Assembly: GCA_032249575.1 (NCBI GenBank) | Contig: JAVVHL010000001.1 | Span: forward strand, 1-46,030 | Length of the DNA: 46,030 bases | DNA from: Candidatus Calditenuis sp. | Lineage (GTDB): Archaea; Thermoproteota; Nitrososphaeria_A; Caldarchaeales; Calditenuaceae | Direction of reading: 5' to 3' | Shown here: positions 34,295-43,019 of the stretch, in pieces | How positions within the stretch are numbered: the stretch's first letter is position 1 | How the letters are laid out: each line of letters starts with the position of its first letter | Translations under genes and position numbers: made by a program | The notes under the pieces: generated by a model | What the model saw: only the letters and a program-made list of their open reading frames with translations | The model's database searches: none | Told to the model about the DNA's origin: nothing

Positions 34295-35212
34295 TCAACC
34301 TAACCGCAGGAGCCAGGCCGCAAAAAACCCGAGGATCGAGGTCACCACGCTCCAGACGACGACCCTGATCACGGCCCGCCAACCGATCACGTGCAAAGAA
34401 GCCTGCAAGGGGAGAAGGGCTGAAGAAGCCAAGATGTAATGGGATATGCTCGTCGGGACCGAGAGGTGCAAGAAGAGCAGCATGGTAACCGAGGACCCTA
34501 CAGCGGCCGAGGACACTCCCTGCGGCGAGACCCGCACGACCCTCTCGGCGATGTAGTCCCAGATGCCCCTGCCAAGGGAGACGGCTCCGAGAGTCCAGGA
34601 GAGTGCGATCACGAGGTGACGAACTGGCCAACTGCCGTTCTCCACAAGCGACGCTACGAAGCCCATGTTGTTGCCGGTCACCACGTACGTCGTGAAGAAG
34701 GAAACGAGGTAAAGCGAAAGGCGGTTCATGGTGTTGACGGTGAGGGGGCCGAGGTCGGAGACCAACCGCCTCATCGAGAGATGCGTTGCAACCGTCAAAC
34801 CCGAAGCGATAAACGGTCCCACAATCCAGCCCATTACCAGATACAGGACGATATGCTGTTCGATTGTCCCTCCATGTCCCAGAATTTCTCCTATCGCGGT
34901 AAGCACGAGAACGTGAGAGAAGCTTATCGGAGTTGCCGTGATCGATCCGAGCAAGAGGAAAAGGAAGGTGATGGAGAGGATCCTCGTCAACCCTTCAGCA
35001 CCAAGACTTCCGCCGAGAAGGACGGTGTGGGTAACGAACCTCCCGCCGATCACGGTTCCTGTAAGCCCTCCGAGCAACACAGCACAGGTCAGGCACCTCG
35101 AGCCTCCGGAGGACCGAACGAGGCTGATGATCAGCGATCCCGTGCTCCACCCGTGAACTAAGGCTATGAGGGACGCCAATAGCAGGGCTGCCGCTCCTTG
35201 ATCCCAGGACAT
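34295..35212 (-). CDS. PiT (PHO4) family permease-like membrane protein with degenerate signature motifs
   Basis: Polytopic 305-aa protein immediately downstream of a DUF47 gene (1-nt gap), the usual PiT arrangement. The two GANDVAN-equivalent positions read HGWSTGSL and TGNNMGFV. Confidence 0.55.
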   Translation of the reverse strand: MSWDQGAAALLLASLIALVHGWSTGSLIISLVRSSGGSRCLTCAVLLGGLTGTVIGGRFVTHTVLLGGSLGAEGLTRILSITFLFLLLGSITATPISFSHVLVLTAIGEILGHGGTIEQHIVLYLVMGWIVGPFIASGLTVATHLSMRRLVSDLGPLTVNTMNRLSLYLVSFFTTYVVTGNNMGFVASLVENGSWPVRHLVIALSWTLGAVSLGRGIWDYIAERVVRVSPQGVSSAAVGSSVTMLLFLHLSVPTSISHYILASSALLPLQASLHVIGWRAVIRVVVWSVVTSILGFFAAWLLRLG

Positions 35213-35213
35213 C

Positions 35214-35897
35214 TCATCCGTAGGTGACCGCTATCAGGTTCAGGAGCACGTCGCTCGAGTCCTCAGCTGCGTCGCAGACGTTGTCAAGCAACAGCACGAA
35301 CTCCCTCATCAGCACGAAATCTGCGGGGTCCATGCTTGCCTTATGCTCGAAGAGCTGCCTGATCGCTTCGTCTTTTTGCTCGTCCGCCTCCTCCTCCCAC
35401 TCTTCAACCTCTTGCACGTCCTCGACGGTGATCCTCCGGTCCTCAGCTATTTTCCGAAGGGCCTTAGTCAGGGCTTCGATGCACTGGGATTGGCAGTGGA
35501 GGAGCCTCTGCAAAGCCTCCGACTTGAGCAGGGGGGAGAAGTCGATCCCAGCGCTCGAGGAGGTGTAAAGGAGCCTTCCGGCGTCTTTCGAGTAATCGGC
35601 GATCTTGTCCATCCGCTCGACCAGCTCCAGAAGGAGCTCCCTGAGGTTAGCGAAGAACCCGCCCCTCGAGATCTCCTCGGAAAGTTTCTTCCTGGTGAAG
35701 TCGGCCTTCGCCTCCATCTCCATGAGCCGCTCGTAAGCTTCCAAGGCCTCGCCGTCCCGGTCGCCCATCAGCGAACCTATCAGGTCCCTGAGGGCCGACG
35801 CTGTGAGGGCAATCTCATCGGCGTACCTCAGGATCGTCGCGAAGACCTCCGTCTCCCTCCTCATGAAAGGCCGCAGAACCCTCGACACCAGACCCAT
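35214..35897 (-). CDS. DUF47 (TIGR00153, PhoU-like) phosphate-transport regulator-like protein
   Basis: ATG at 35897 (MGLVSRVLRPFMRRETEVFA...). Helical-bundle protein with a DUF47-like N-terminus. The longer ORF to 36062 would overlap the divergent gene. Confidence 0.72.
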   Translation of the reverse strand: MGLVSRVLRPFMRRETEVFATILRYADEIALTASALRDLIGSLMGDRDGEALEAYERLMEMEAKADFTRKKLSEEISRGGFFANLRELLLELVERMDKIADYSKDAGRLLYTSSSAGIDFSPLLKSEALQRLLHCQSQCIEALTKALRKIAEDRRITVEDVQEVEEWEEEADEQKDEAIRQLFEHKASMDPADFVLMREFVLLLDNVCDAAEDSSDVLLNLIAVTYG

Positions 35898-36017
35898 ACT
35901 CTGAAAAGGAGCTAGTGCCGTCGTAAAAGCGCAACTCCGAGGCGTCACACCGATCAGGACGAGCCCCCTAGGCCCAACCAGGACAACGTTTTCACTCAGG
36001 CGAGGACGACCGTTTTC

Positions 36018-36452
36018 GTGCCTAGGCGTCCGAGGGACATCTTCAGCAGGCGTTACAGGCACAGGATAGGCTACGAGGGCGAGTACTACCTCATCAGGAA
36101 GCTCAACGACCTCAAGAGGCCCGGCTACTGCGCCGTCAGGACGCCTGGAAGCGGGACGGGGAAACTGAGCCTCAAGCCCGACGTCCTCGCGGTCGACAAC
36201 GGCGAGCTATGCGCGATAGAGGTCAAGTCGACCAACAAGAAGGAGGTCTACATCCCACGAGAGCAGCTCGAACGGCTCCTCGCCTTCACCGAGCTCTTCG
36301 TCGTCCGGTGCCCCTCCTGCGGTCACGAGATCAGACCTAAGCCGATGATCGCGGTCCGTTTCCTCGGAAGGGGATGGGTCGTGAAGGAGGTGAGCGAGGT
36401 GAAGGAGGGGATGACCGTCAGGTCCGAGGAGGTAGGCGATGAGGGCGGTTGA
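36018..36452 (+). CDS. Second Hjc/Hje-family Holliday junction resolvase paralog
   Basis: GYEGEYYLIRKL...VRTPGSGTGKLSLKPDVLAV...LCAIEVKS gives the E...D...E-x-K core. Extra segment VVRCPSCGHEIRPKP before the last strand. GTG start. Confidence 0.72.
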   Translation: MPRRPRDIFSRRYRHRIGYEGEYYLIRKLNDLKRPGYCAVRTPGSGTGKLSLKPDVLAVDNGELCAIEVKSTNKKEVYIPREQLERLLAFTELFVVRCPSCGHEIRPKPMIAVRFLGRGWVVKEVSEVKEGMTVRSEEVGDEGG

Positions 36453-37200
36453 GGGGAAGAGGGTCCTGATAGCCGGTGCCACGTCGGAGATAGGTGCGGA
36501 GACCGCGAGGCTCCTCGCGAGGGAGGGAGCTGACCTTCTGCTGGTCGCTAGGCGGAGGGAGTTGCTCGAGGCCCTGGCAACGGAGTGCGCTCGATATTAC
36601 GGTGTGAACTCGACAGCTCTGCCCCTCGATCTGACAGCCGAAGGTTCTGCCGAGAGATTGAGGGATGAAGTGGTGCGGAGGTTCGGTCGGCTTGACGCGC
36701 TCGTCAGCTACGTCGGTTATCCCTTCGATCCAGACCTCTGGTACAGGAGCCTTAGGGACCTCAGGGAGGAGGAGCTGAGGAGGGTCTTCGACGTCGATTT
36801 CTTCGCCAACTTCCGCCTCGTGAGATCGCTCCTTGAGATCCTACGAGGAGGCGTCGTGGTCCTCACGACATCGACCCCTGCGATCTCATGGTACCGTTAC
36901 GGATCGGCCTACTCGATGGCGAAGCTCGCGGTGGTCGGTCTGGTCCGTTCGATCGCCGCCGAGTACAGGGACCTTGGGATAAGGGCCTATGCCCTCGCCC
37001 TGGGAAACATCAGGACAAGCGCGACCTTCGACAAGATGACCGAAGAGGAGAGGAGGGCCCTCGCTGAGGAGTCGCCGATGGGCAGGTGGGGTGAACCGGT
37101 CGAGGTGGCCAGGGTCGTCCTCGCCCTGATCTCTGACCTCTTCAGCTTCGTCAACGGACAGGTGATCGTCGTCGACGGAGGGACGCTGATGATCGGGTGA
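36439..37200 (+). CDS. Short-chain dehydrogenase/reductase (SDR) family oxidoreductase
   Basis: VLIAGATSEIGAETA (cofactor loop), YSMAKLAV (YxxxK). 14-nt overlap with the upstream gene. Confidence 0.85.
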   Translation: MRAVEGKRVLIAGATSEIGAETARLLAREGADLLLVARRRELLEALATECARYYGVNSTALPLDLTAEGSAERLRDEVVRRFGRLDALVSYVGYPFDPDLWYRSLRDLREEELRRVFDVDFFANFRLVRSLLEILRGGVVVLTTSTPAISWYRYGSAYSMAKLAVVGLVRSIAAEYRDLGIRAYALALGNIRTSATFDKMTEEERRALAEESPMGRWGEPVEVARVVLALISDLFSFVNGQVIVVDGGTLMIG

Positions 37201-37258
37201 GGGTCGTCTCTGCGCAATAACCTAAAAGCGAGTCGGATTTCAGACGGTTGGAGCGGCC

Positions 37259-37723
37259 TTGATCGAGAAGAAGTCGGCAGGTGCGGTGATATTCAACGAG
37301 ACGCTCGGCGAGCGGTACTACCTGCTGCTGCTCTACGACGCTGGGCACTGGGACTTCCCGAAGGGCGGCATAGAGGAGGGCGAGAGCGAGCTGGACGCAG
37401 TTATCAGGGAGGTGAGGGAGGAGACAGGGATAACCGATCTGAAGCTGATCGAGGGCTTCCGGCAGACCATCTCGTACCAGTTCAAGAGTTCCGAGGGCGA
37501 GATCAACAAGACCGTCGTCTTCTACCTGGGCAGCACCTCGACCTTCAAGGTGACCCTCAGCCACGAGCACAAGGCATACGCTTGGTTGAAGTTCGAGGAC
37601 GCGCTGGAACACCTGACCTTCGATACAGCCCGCTCGGTCCTGAAGGTCGCACACAAGTTCCTCGAGAACCTGTCAAGGTCCAAGGCACAAGAGGGGCTGA
37701 AGTCGAACGTCACCAGGTGGTGA
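37259..37723 (+). CDS. Nudix hydrolase (Ap4A hydrolase-like)
   Basis: Nudix box GGIEEGESELDAVIREVREETGI. TTG start. Confidence 0.85.
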   Translation: MIEKKSAGAVIFNETLGERYYLLLLYDAGHWDFPKGGIEEGESELDAVIREVREETGITDLKLIEGFRQTISYQFKSSEGEINKTVVFYLGSTSTFKVTLSHEHKAYAWLKFEDALEHLTFDTARSVLKVAHKFLENLSRSKAQEGLKSNVTRW

Positions 37724-37729
37724 GGCTCG

Positions 37730-39460
37730 GTGATCAGGCGTCGTGGTGTTGCGGCCGCAGCGTTAACCCTAACAACGTTGGTGCTCCTGTCCCTGGTAAA
37801 CGTCCAGACGGCCTTTGCGCAGACGAGCGACCTGCAGCTGAAGGTTGTGGATTACAACGGCAACCCGGTCGGGAACGTGGAGGTCCTCCTCACCAACTCC
37901 ACACTCAGGAGGGCGTTCCGCAGCACATCGGCAGGCATCGCGACCTTCAGGGGCCTATCGCCTGGGGAGTACAACGTACAGGTCACGATCGATAACGTCC
38001 CTGTGGCGAACGAAACGGTCAGGGTGCCCCACGAGGGCGAAAGGGTCGTAAGGCTTGCGGTCGCTGAGCTGAAGGCCCGCGTCCTAGACGCAGAGGGTGC
38101 AGGTGTCAAGGGCGTAACGGTTCAGATCAGGTCGTCGACCGGAAAGGTTACCCGCTCCGCCACTTCGTCCGAGGACGGAACGGTCTCCTTCAGCAACCTC
38201 CCGCTCTCAACGCTCAGAGACGTCGGAACCTATACCGTCACCGTCAAGGTGATGAACGCGACCGTCCTCGAGACTGTAGCAGACCACGCTCCTTTGAACA
38301 GGACGCTGGACCTCGTTGCGCCCCTCGTCAGGCTCAGGCTCGAAGTGGTCGACATGCAGGGGGAGCGGGTGAGCGACGTCGAGCTCAGGCTGTCGGCCAA
38401 CGGCGTGCTCTTCTCATCGAGCGCCGCGAAGGGGGAGGCGCTCCTTACGGGACTCCCGACATCGCAAGTGGTCGGCCAATACAACCTGACGGTCGTCAAG
38501 AACTACGGCGGAACAAGGGTGACCGTTTTGACCGACTCGCTGACGGTCCTCGAGCCCTCCAACAAAACGTTGGTCCTGAACGTGGCCGACGCCGATCTCA
38601 AGGTGCTCGCCGACGGCTCCGATCCCGTTAGGGGTGCAACCGTTGAGGTGCGTTCCTCCACCGGTTCGAGGCTCGCTAGGGGAACGACCGACGATTCCGG
38701 CCGGGTCACCTTCCAAGACCTGCCCCTCAGCACCCTCACAGGGGTCGGCGACCTCGAGTTCAGGGTCATAATTCGCGGAAAGTCTCTGCTGAACAAGACC
38801 GTCCACATGACAGGCCCTCTCAGTGACCTCAGGCTCGAGCTCCCGCGAAGGGAGGTCTCCATCAAGCTCCTGAAGCCCGACGGCTCGCCCCTTCCCGAAG
38901 CGTTCGTCGAATTGACCGAGCCTGGCACGGACCGGAAGATCTCAGTCGCGTCAGGAGGGGACGGCACCGTGAGGTTCGCAGTGCTGCCCGTCAGGTCGCA
39001 GGTCAAAGTCGTCTACAGGGGATTGACGGTCCAGTCTGAAGAAGTTGACTTCTCGTCGCCGCCCTCGACCCTGCAGGTCAAAGGTGTCTCGATCCCTGTC
39101 ACGATAACGTACAAGGACTGGGCGGGTTCGCAGCTCAGGGGGATTCAGGTCAAGGCATGGCAGGACAGCGAAGAGCTGCCCGTTCAGATCAAGGACGGCA
39201 CGGCGAGCTTCATCGTACCAGTGAGGGGTGTGGTGATCGTGGAGGCTCTGCTCGCGGGTCAGGTCATCGAGCGACGTGAGTTGCGGATCGATGAGCCTAC
39301 TGCCTTAACAATCTACGTCAGGGGCGTTCAAGTCGGGGAGGGCATAATCAGCCCTGAAGCCGTCGGAACGGCAGGCGCTGTAGCCGTTGCTGCCGTGTTG
39401 GTTTCGTTGGGAGTTCTGCTCTACATCAGAACCGTCAAGACTGCCCGTAGGACCCTATAA
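37730..39460 (+). CDS. Secreted repeat protein (CarboxypepD_reg/Ig-like beta-sandwich repeats) with C-terminal membrane anchor
   Basis: Signal peptide ending AFA/QT. Recurring unit, e.g. GVTVQIRSSTGKVTRSATSSEDGTVSFSNLPLSTLRDVGTYTVTV versus GATVEVRSSTGSRLARGTTDDSGRVTFQDLPLSTLTGVGDLEFRV. C-terminal TM AVAVAAVLVSLGVLLYI. Confidence 0.75.
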   Translation: MIRRRGVAAAALTLTTLVLLSLVNVQTAFAQTSDLQLKVVDYNGNPVGNVEVLLTNSTLRRAFRSTSAGIATFRGLSPGEYNVQVTIDNVPVANETVRVPHEGERVVRLAVAELKARVLDAEGAGVKGVTVQIRSSTGKVTRSATSSEDGTVSFSNLPLSTLRDVGTYTVTVKVMNATVLETVADHAPLNRTLDLVAPLVRLRLEVVDMQGERVSDVELRLSANGVLFSSSAAKGEALLTGLPTSQVVGQYNLTVVKNYGGTRVTVLTDSLTVLEPSNKTLVLNVADADLKVLADGSDPVRGATVEVRSSTGSRLARGTTDDSGRVTFQDLPLSTLTGVGDLEFRVIIRGKSLLNKTVHMTGPLSDLRLELPRREVSIKLLKPDGSPLPEAFVELTEPGTDRKISVASGGDGTVRFAVLPVRSQVKVVYRGLTVQSEEVDFSSPPSTLQVKGVSIPVTITYKDWAGSQLRGIQVKAWQDSEELPVQIKDGTASFIVPVRGVVIVEALLAGQVIERRELRIDEPTALTIYVRGVQVGEGIISPEAVGTAGAVAVAAVLVSLGVLLYIRTVKTARRTL

Positions 39461-40358
39461 CCTGGTCATACAGCTTGAGATATCTTTTACTAACGACGTG
39501 GTAATCGAACTCCTTCACAAGCTCCCTTCCTTTTTTGATCAGCTCCTCCCTTTTCTCATCAAGGACGCTGAAGGCCCTCACCCAACCCTCAACCGTAGGC
39601 TCGGTCAGGATCAGTGCGTCCCTGAAGGGCCAGAAAGCTGGAAGATCGTTGGCGATGACGGGACAGCCTGACGCCCAAGCCTCGAGCATGACGCTCGGCA
39701 TCCCCTCCCAGACCGACGTGATCATCAGGCACACGGCCGACTTCATGTGGGAGATCACTACCTCCCACGGAACGACCTCCTCGACGCCGAAGGCCCTGTA
39801 CCTCAGGCCGAGCATCCTCACGACCTCGACGAAGAGACGGTAGTTCTTGATGGGGTCGTTCCGGCCTACGAAGAGGACGAATTTCTCGCCGGAGGGTCTG
39901 ATGCGCTCGATTGCCTCGACGTCGGTCATGTTCGGTATCCAGATCCAACCCTTCCTTTCGGCCTCGACCTTCATCACGGAGGTGATGGCCCCGATGCGGC
40001 CCCGAAAGGCCCTGAGCCCCAGCTCCAGAAGACCTGCAGCCTTGCCGTACTTCCTCCTGAACTCGGCCTCACCGCCGTGCACCGTCACGACTGCCCTCTC
40101 CGCACCTAACAGCGCCGGGAAGAGCTTCGGCGAGTGGAGATGCACCAACTCGAAACCCCTCAGTTTCGCCGACGAGAAGAGGGCGAACGAAAGCGATCCC
40201 GTCTTAGGGAGGCGCAGGTGCGGCACGTTCCCCGAGTGGAAGACCCTCACGTCGACGCCGAGCTCCCTCAGCCCCTTCTCCAGCAAGTAAACGTGTCTTC
40301 CTGAACCGCTACCACCGCCGTAGGTGAAGTTCACCAGCGCCACATTCAATCCGTCCAT
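39435..40358 (-). CDS. Glycosyltransferase family 4 (GT-B fold)
   Basis: EGMPSVMLEAWASGCPVIAND is the GT4 E-x7-E region. N-terminal GGGSGSGRHVYLL. ATG at 40358 (the ORF is open to TTG 40400). Confidence 0.82.
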   Translation of the reverse strand: MDGLNVALVNFTYGGGSGSGRHVYLLEKGLRELGVDVRVFHSGNVPHLRLPKTGSLSFALFSSAKLRGFELVHLHSPKLFPALLGAERAVVTVHGGEAEFRRKYGKAAGLLELGLRAFRGRIGAITSVMKVEAERKGWIWIPNMTDVEAIERIRPSGEKFVLFVGRNDPIKNYRLFVEVVRMLGLRYRAFGVEEVVPWEVVISHMKSAVCLMITSVWEGMPSVMLEAWASGCPVIANDLPAFWPFRDALILTEPTVEGWVRAFSVLDEKREELIKKGRELVKEFDYHVVSKRYLKLYDQVIGSYGQS

Positions 40359-40468
40359 CCTCCGAGACGATCGCGATGCAACCCGTCGCAGGCCTTGCAA
40401 ACCAGCATTTGAAGACCTCGTCGTAAGGTGATCGCCGAGCCTCCCCTCACATGCTTGACGGTGGTACG

Positions 40469-40475
40469 TTTATTT
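40469..40475 (+). promoter_or_regulatory. TATA-like box for rps11
   Basis: tttattt centred about 28 nt upstream of ATG 40500. Confidence 0.35.
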
Positions 40476-40499
40476 CGAGGTCGGGAACTCGGGGAGCAG

Positions 40500-40931
40500 A
40501 TGTCGGCGGAGGGAGAGGCCCAGCAGCAGGCTCAACAGCAGAAGCAGAAGACCATATGGGGAATCGTCCACATTTACTCGTCGTACAACAACATCCTGAT
40601 CACGGTCACTGACATCACGGGAAGCGAGACGATCGCGAAGGCCAGCGGCGGTATGTTCGTCACTGGAGGAAGGATGGAGGCATCGCCTTACGCAGCGATG
40701 AGGGTTGCCAGCTACGTGATGGAGATCGCAAAGGCTAAGGGCATAAACGCAGTCCACATAAGGGTCAGGGCTCCAGGAGGTGTCAAGTCCAAGACGCCTG
40801 GTCCTGGGACGCAGGCCGCCATCAGGACTATCGCGAGGTCGGGCGTCTTGATCGGCAGAATCGAGGACGTCACACCCATCCCCCACGACAGCGTCAGGAA
40901 GAAGGGAGGGAGGAGGGGCAGGAGGGTCTGA
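40500..40931 (+). CDS. rps11: 30S ribosomal protein uS11 (S11)
   Basis: [32 protein letters not shown]...[11 protein letters not shown]...[31 protein letters not shown] is unmistakably uS11. ATG at 40500 follows a TATA-like box. Confidence 0.92.
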   Translation: MSAEGEAQQQAQQQKQKTIWGIVHIYSSYNNILITVTDITGSETIAKASGGMFVTGGRMEASPYAAMRVASYVMEIAKAKGINAVHIRVRAPGGVKSKTPGPGTQAAIRTIARSGVLIGRIEDVTPIPHDSVRKKGGRRGRRV

Positions 40932-40982
40932 CGAACTAGTTCACTCAAGCCTATTAGGTGCCAAAGCTATTGTTTCAGCGCT

Positions 40983-41489
40983 ATGGTCAAGGCCCTCCGC
41001 ATAGCCCTGATAGCCGCGATAGTAGTGGCGGTGGCAGCCGTCGGTGCGGTCGTCGCCATGGGCTCCCAGCTCAGCGCCGAGGACGTGGCGGTGAGGGTGG
41101 GCACCAAGACCGCAGGCATATTCCTGAACCTCAGGAACAGCGGCCTTTTGCCCGACTGCGCGGTAGACGTCGAGGTCCATGGCGAGGGAAAGGAGGGGAG
41201 CGTGAGCCTGAAGGCAGAGCTGCACACGACCGTCATGGAGGGGAACGTGATGAAGATGGTCAAGGTCGACAGGGTCTGCGTCGGACCGATGTCGGTCGTC
41301 AAGATGAGGGGCGCTGAGGGTGAGGGATATCACATCATGGTCTTCGGTGACGTGGAGAAGGTCTCGGTCTTCCACGTCTACCTGAAGTTCGAGAGCGGCA
41401 AGACGTTACACTTTCACGTGATGGCACCAGAGGGCTCCCAGATGGGTGGCATGGGAGGAGAACACGGTCACCAAAGCCACGGCAAATAA
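40983..41489 (+). CDS. PCu(A)C (DUF461) family periplasmic-type copper chaperone with His/Met-rich tail
   Basis: N-terminal TM anchor. HTTVMEGNVMKM (H-x10-M) and YHIMVFG (H-x-M) fit the PCuAC copper motif. C-terminal MGGMGGEHGHQSHGK. Confidence 0.72.
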   Translation: MVKALRIALIAAIVVAVAAVGAVVAMGSQLSAEDVAVRVGTKTAGIFLNLRNSGLLPDCAVDVEVHGEGKEGSVSLKAELHTTVMEGNVMKMVKVDRVCVGPMSVVKMRGAEGEGYHIMVFGDVEKVSVFHVYLKFESGKTLHFHVMAPEGSQMGGMGGEHGHQSHGK

Positions 41490-41508
41490 GCTGACTGGAA
41501 AGGTCTCG

Positions 41509-41514
41509 TTTTTT
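41509..41514 (+). terminator. Oligo-T stretch downstream of the PCuAC gene
   Basis: T6 run 20 nt after the stop at 41489. Archaeal termination commonly uses oligo-T tracts. Confidence 0.3.
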
Positions 41515-43016
41515 CACTTCAATTCTTCGAGGCTCCTGACGATGCGCAGGGCCCTCAGCTTCTTGTAACCCGCCACTTTCGAATTGACGAAGCCCATTAG
41601 CTCCTCCTCGCTTACCTTGCCATCGTAACCCTCCCTCAGCACCACATATCCCACTGGCCGCTCGCCGACCTCGGGGTCCGGCTCGCCCTTGACAAGCGCC
41701 TCCTTGACCGCAGGGTGCCGCTTCAGGACCTCCTCCAGGTCCCTCGGGAATATCGGGTAGCCCTTGTACTTGATCATCCTCTTCTTGACGCCTCGGAAGT
41801 AGAGGAGACCCGTTTCGTCGACGGAGACGAGGTCGCCTGTCCTGAGCCAGCCGTCTACGACGGCCCTCTCCGTGTCCCTCGGGTCCGAGTAGCCGAGCAT
41901 GATCCAGGGAGATCTGACGTGGAGCTCTCCCACTTCCCCGGGGTTCCTGACCTCGGTGCCGTCATCTCTGACTATCCTGTGCTCCACGCCCGGAAGGGGC
42001 AGGCCGATGGTCCCCAAACGGTCTGACATCTCAAGAGGCTGGACGGTGACCGCCCATCCCTCAGTCAGTCCATAAAGCTGTACAAGAGGGACGCCGAAGG
42101 CCTCGGTGAAGGACCGCTGGGCTTCGGGCGGAAGGTAACCTCCTGCCGAGACGCAGTACCTGATGCCATTGGGCAGCCTGACCTCTCCTGCTCTGTTCGC
42201 GAGCCTGACATAGAGGGTGGGGACGCACCAGATCGAGTTGACGCCGAATCGACCGGCTACCTCGACCACCTGCATCTCGTCGAACCCTCCGCCCTTCCTC
42301 TCAAGGACGGTCACCGAGCCCCCGGAGGAGAGGTGGGTGAGGACCTGTATCAGGCCGAGGACGTGCTGGAGCGGAACGATCAACATCGTGTTCTCTCCCC
42401 GCTGTATTCGGAGGACCTTGGCGACCTGCTCTGCGCAACGGAGCGGAGCAGCGTGGCTGTGAAGGACCTGCTCCGTCCTCCCTGCGATGCCAGCGTAATA
42501 GAAGACGATCGCTGGGTCCTTCGTCGGATCCACTCTAACTTCCTCGCTCACGATGGGCTGCTCCGATGCCAGCTCAGGAAGACCCTTGACCTCTACACCG
42601 TCCCCCTTCGGCCCCCGATCCCCGTCCAGGAGCAAGACCCTCTCAACTCCAGCCTCCTTGAAGGTCCCTAGCTCCCTCTCGAGGACGGCGCTGTCCGCCA
42701 CCACAACCCTCGACCTCGAGTCCTCGAGCTGGAACCTGAGGTCCTCGCTCATCGTCGCAGGATCGACCATCACCGCAGCAGCCCCGGACCTAACGCATCC
42801 GAAGAACGCAGCTACGAGCTCGACGGAGTTGTACGCCACCAGAGCCACAGCGTCTCCCTTCGACACCCCCATCTTCCTCAGCGAGTGGGCGATCGATCTG
42901 CTGAGGGCAGAGAGCTCCCGATACGTCATCCTCCTCCCTGTGCTTGAGATGAGGGCGACGTCCTCAGGCCACTGGGCTGCCCAGAGGTCGAGGGCCTCGT
43001 GGAGGGCCTTCTCCAC
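41514..43016 (-). CDS. AMP-dependent synthetase/ligase (acyl-CoA synthetase family) with atypical P-loop
   Basis: ANL motifs LYGLTEG, LRTGDLV, GVKKRMIKYKG are present. The A3 loop reads FYYAGIAGRTEQV instead of (S/T)GTTGxPKG. Confidence 0.8.
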   Translation of the reverse strand: MEKALHEALDLWAAQWPEDVALISSTGRRMTYRELSALSRSIAHSLRKMGVSKGDAVALVAYNSVELVAAFFGCVRSGAAAVMVDPATMSEDLRFQLEDSRSRVVVADSAVLERELGTFKEAGVERVLLLDGDRGPKGDGVEVKGLPELASEQPIVSEEVRVDPTKDPAIVFYYAGIAGRTEQVLHSHAAPLRCAEQVAKVLRIQRGENTMLIVPLQHVLGLIQVLTHLSSGGSVTVLERKGGGFDEMQVVEVAGRFGVNSIWCVPTLYVRLANRAGEVRLPNGIRYCVSAGGYLPPEAQRSFTEAFGVPLVQLYGLTEGWAVTVQPLEMSDRLGTIGLPLPGVEHRIVRDDGTEVRNPGEVGELHVRSPWIMLGYSDPRDTERAVVDGWLRTGDLVSVDETGLLYFRGVKKRMIKYKGYPIFPRDLEEVLKRHPAVKEALVKGEPDPEVGERPVGYVVLREGYDGKVSEEELMGFVNSKVAGYKKLRALRIVRSLEELK

Positions 43017-43019
43017 TGA

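Noticed and set aside
33532-35161. Plus-strand ORFs (33532-34203, 34439-35161) antisense to the two transporter genes
   Set aside because: Extremely Arg/Pro/Ser-rich translations, while the opposite strand encodes coherent polytopic membrane proteins.
40521-40550. CAG-rich tract (cagcagcaggctcaacagcagaagcagaag)
   Set aside because: It is not a clean microsatellite. It lies in frame and encodes the Gln/Lys-rich N-terminal extension of uS11.
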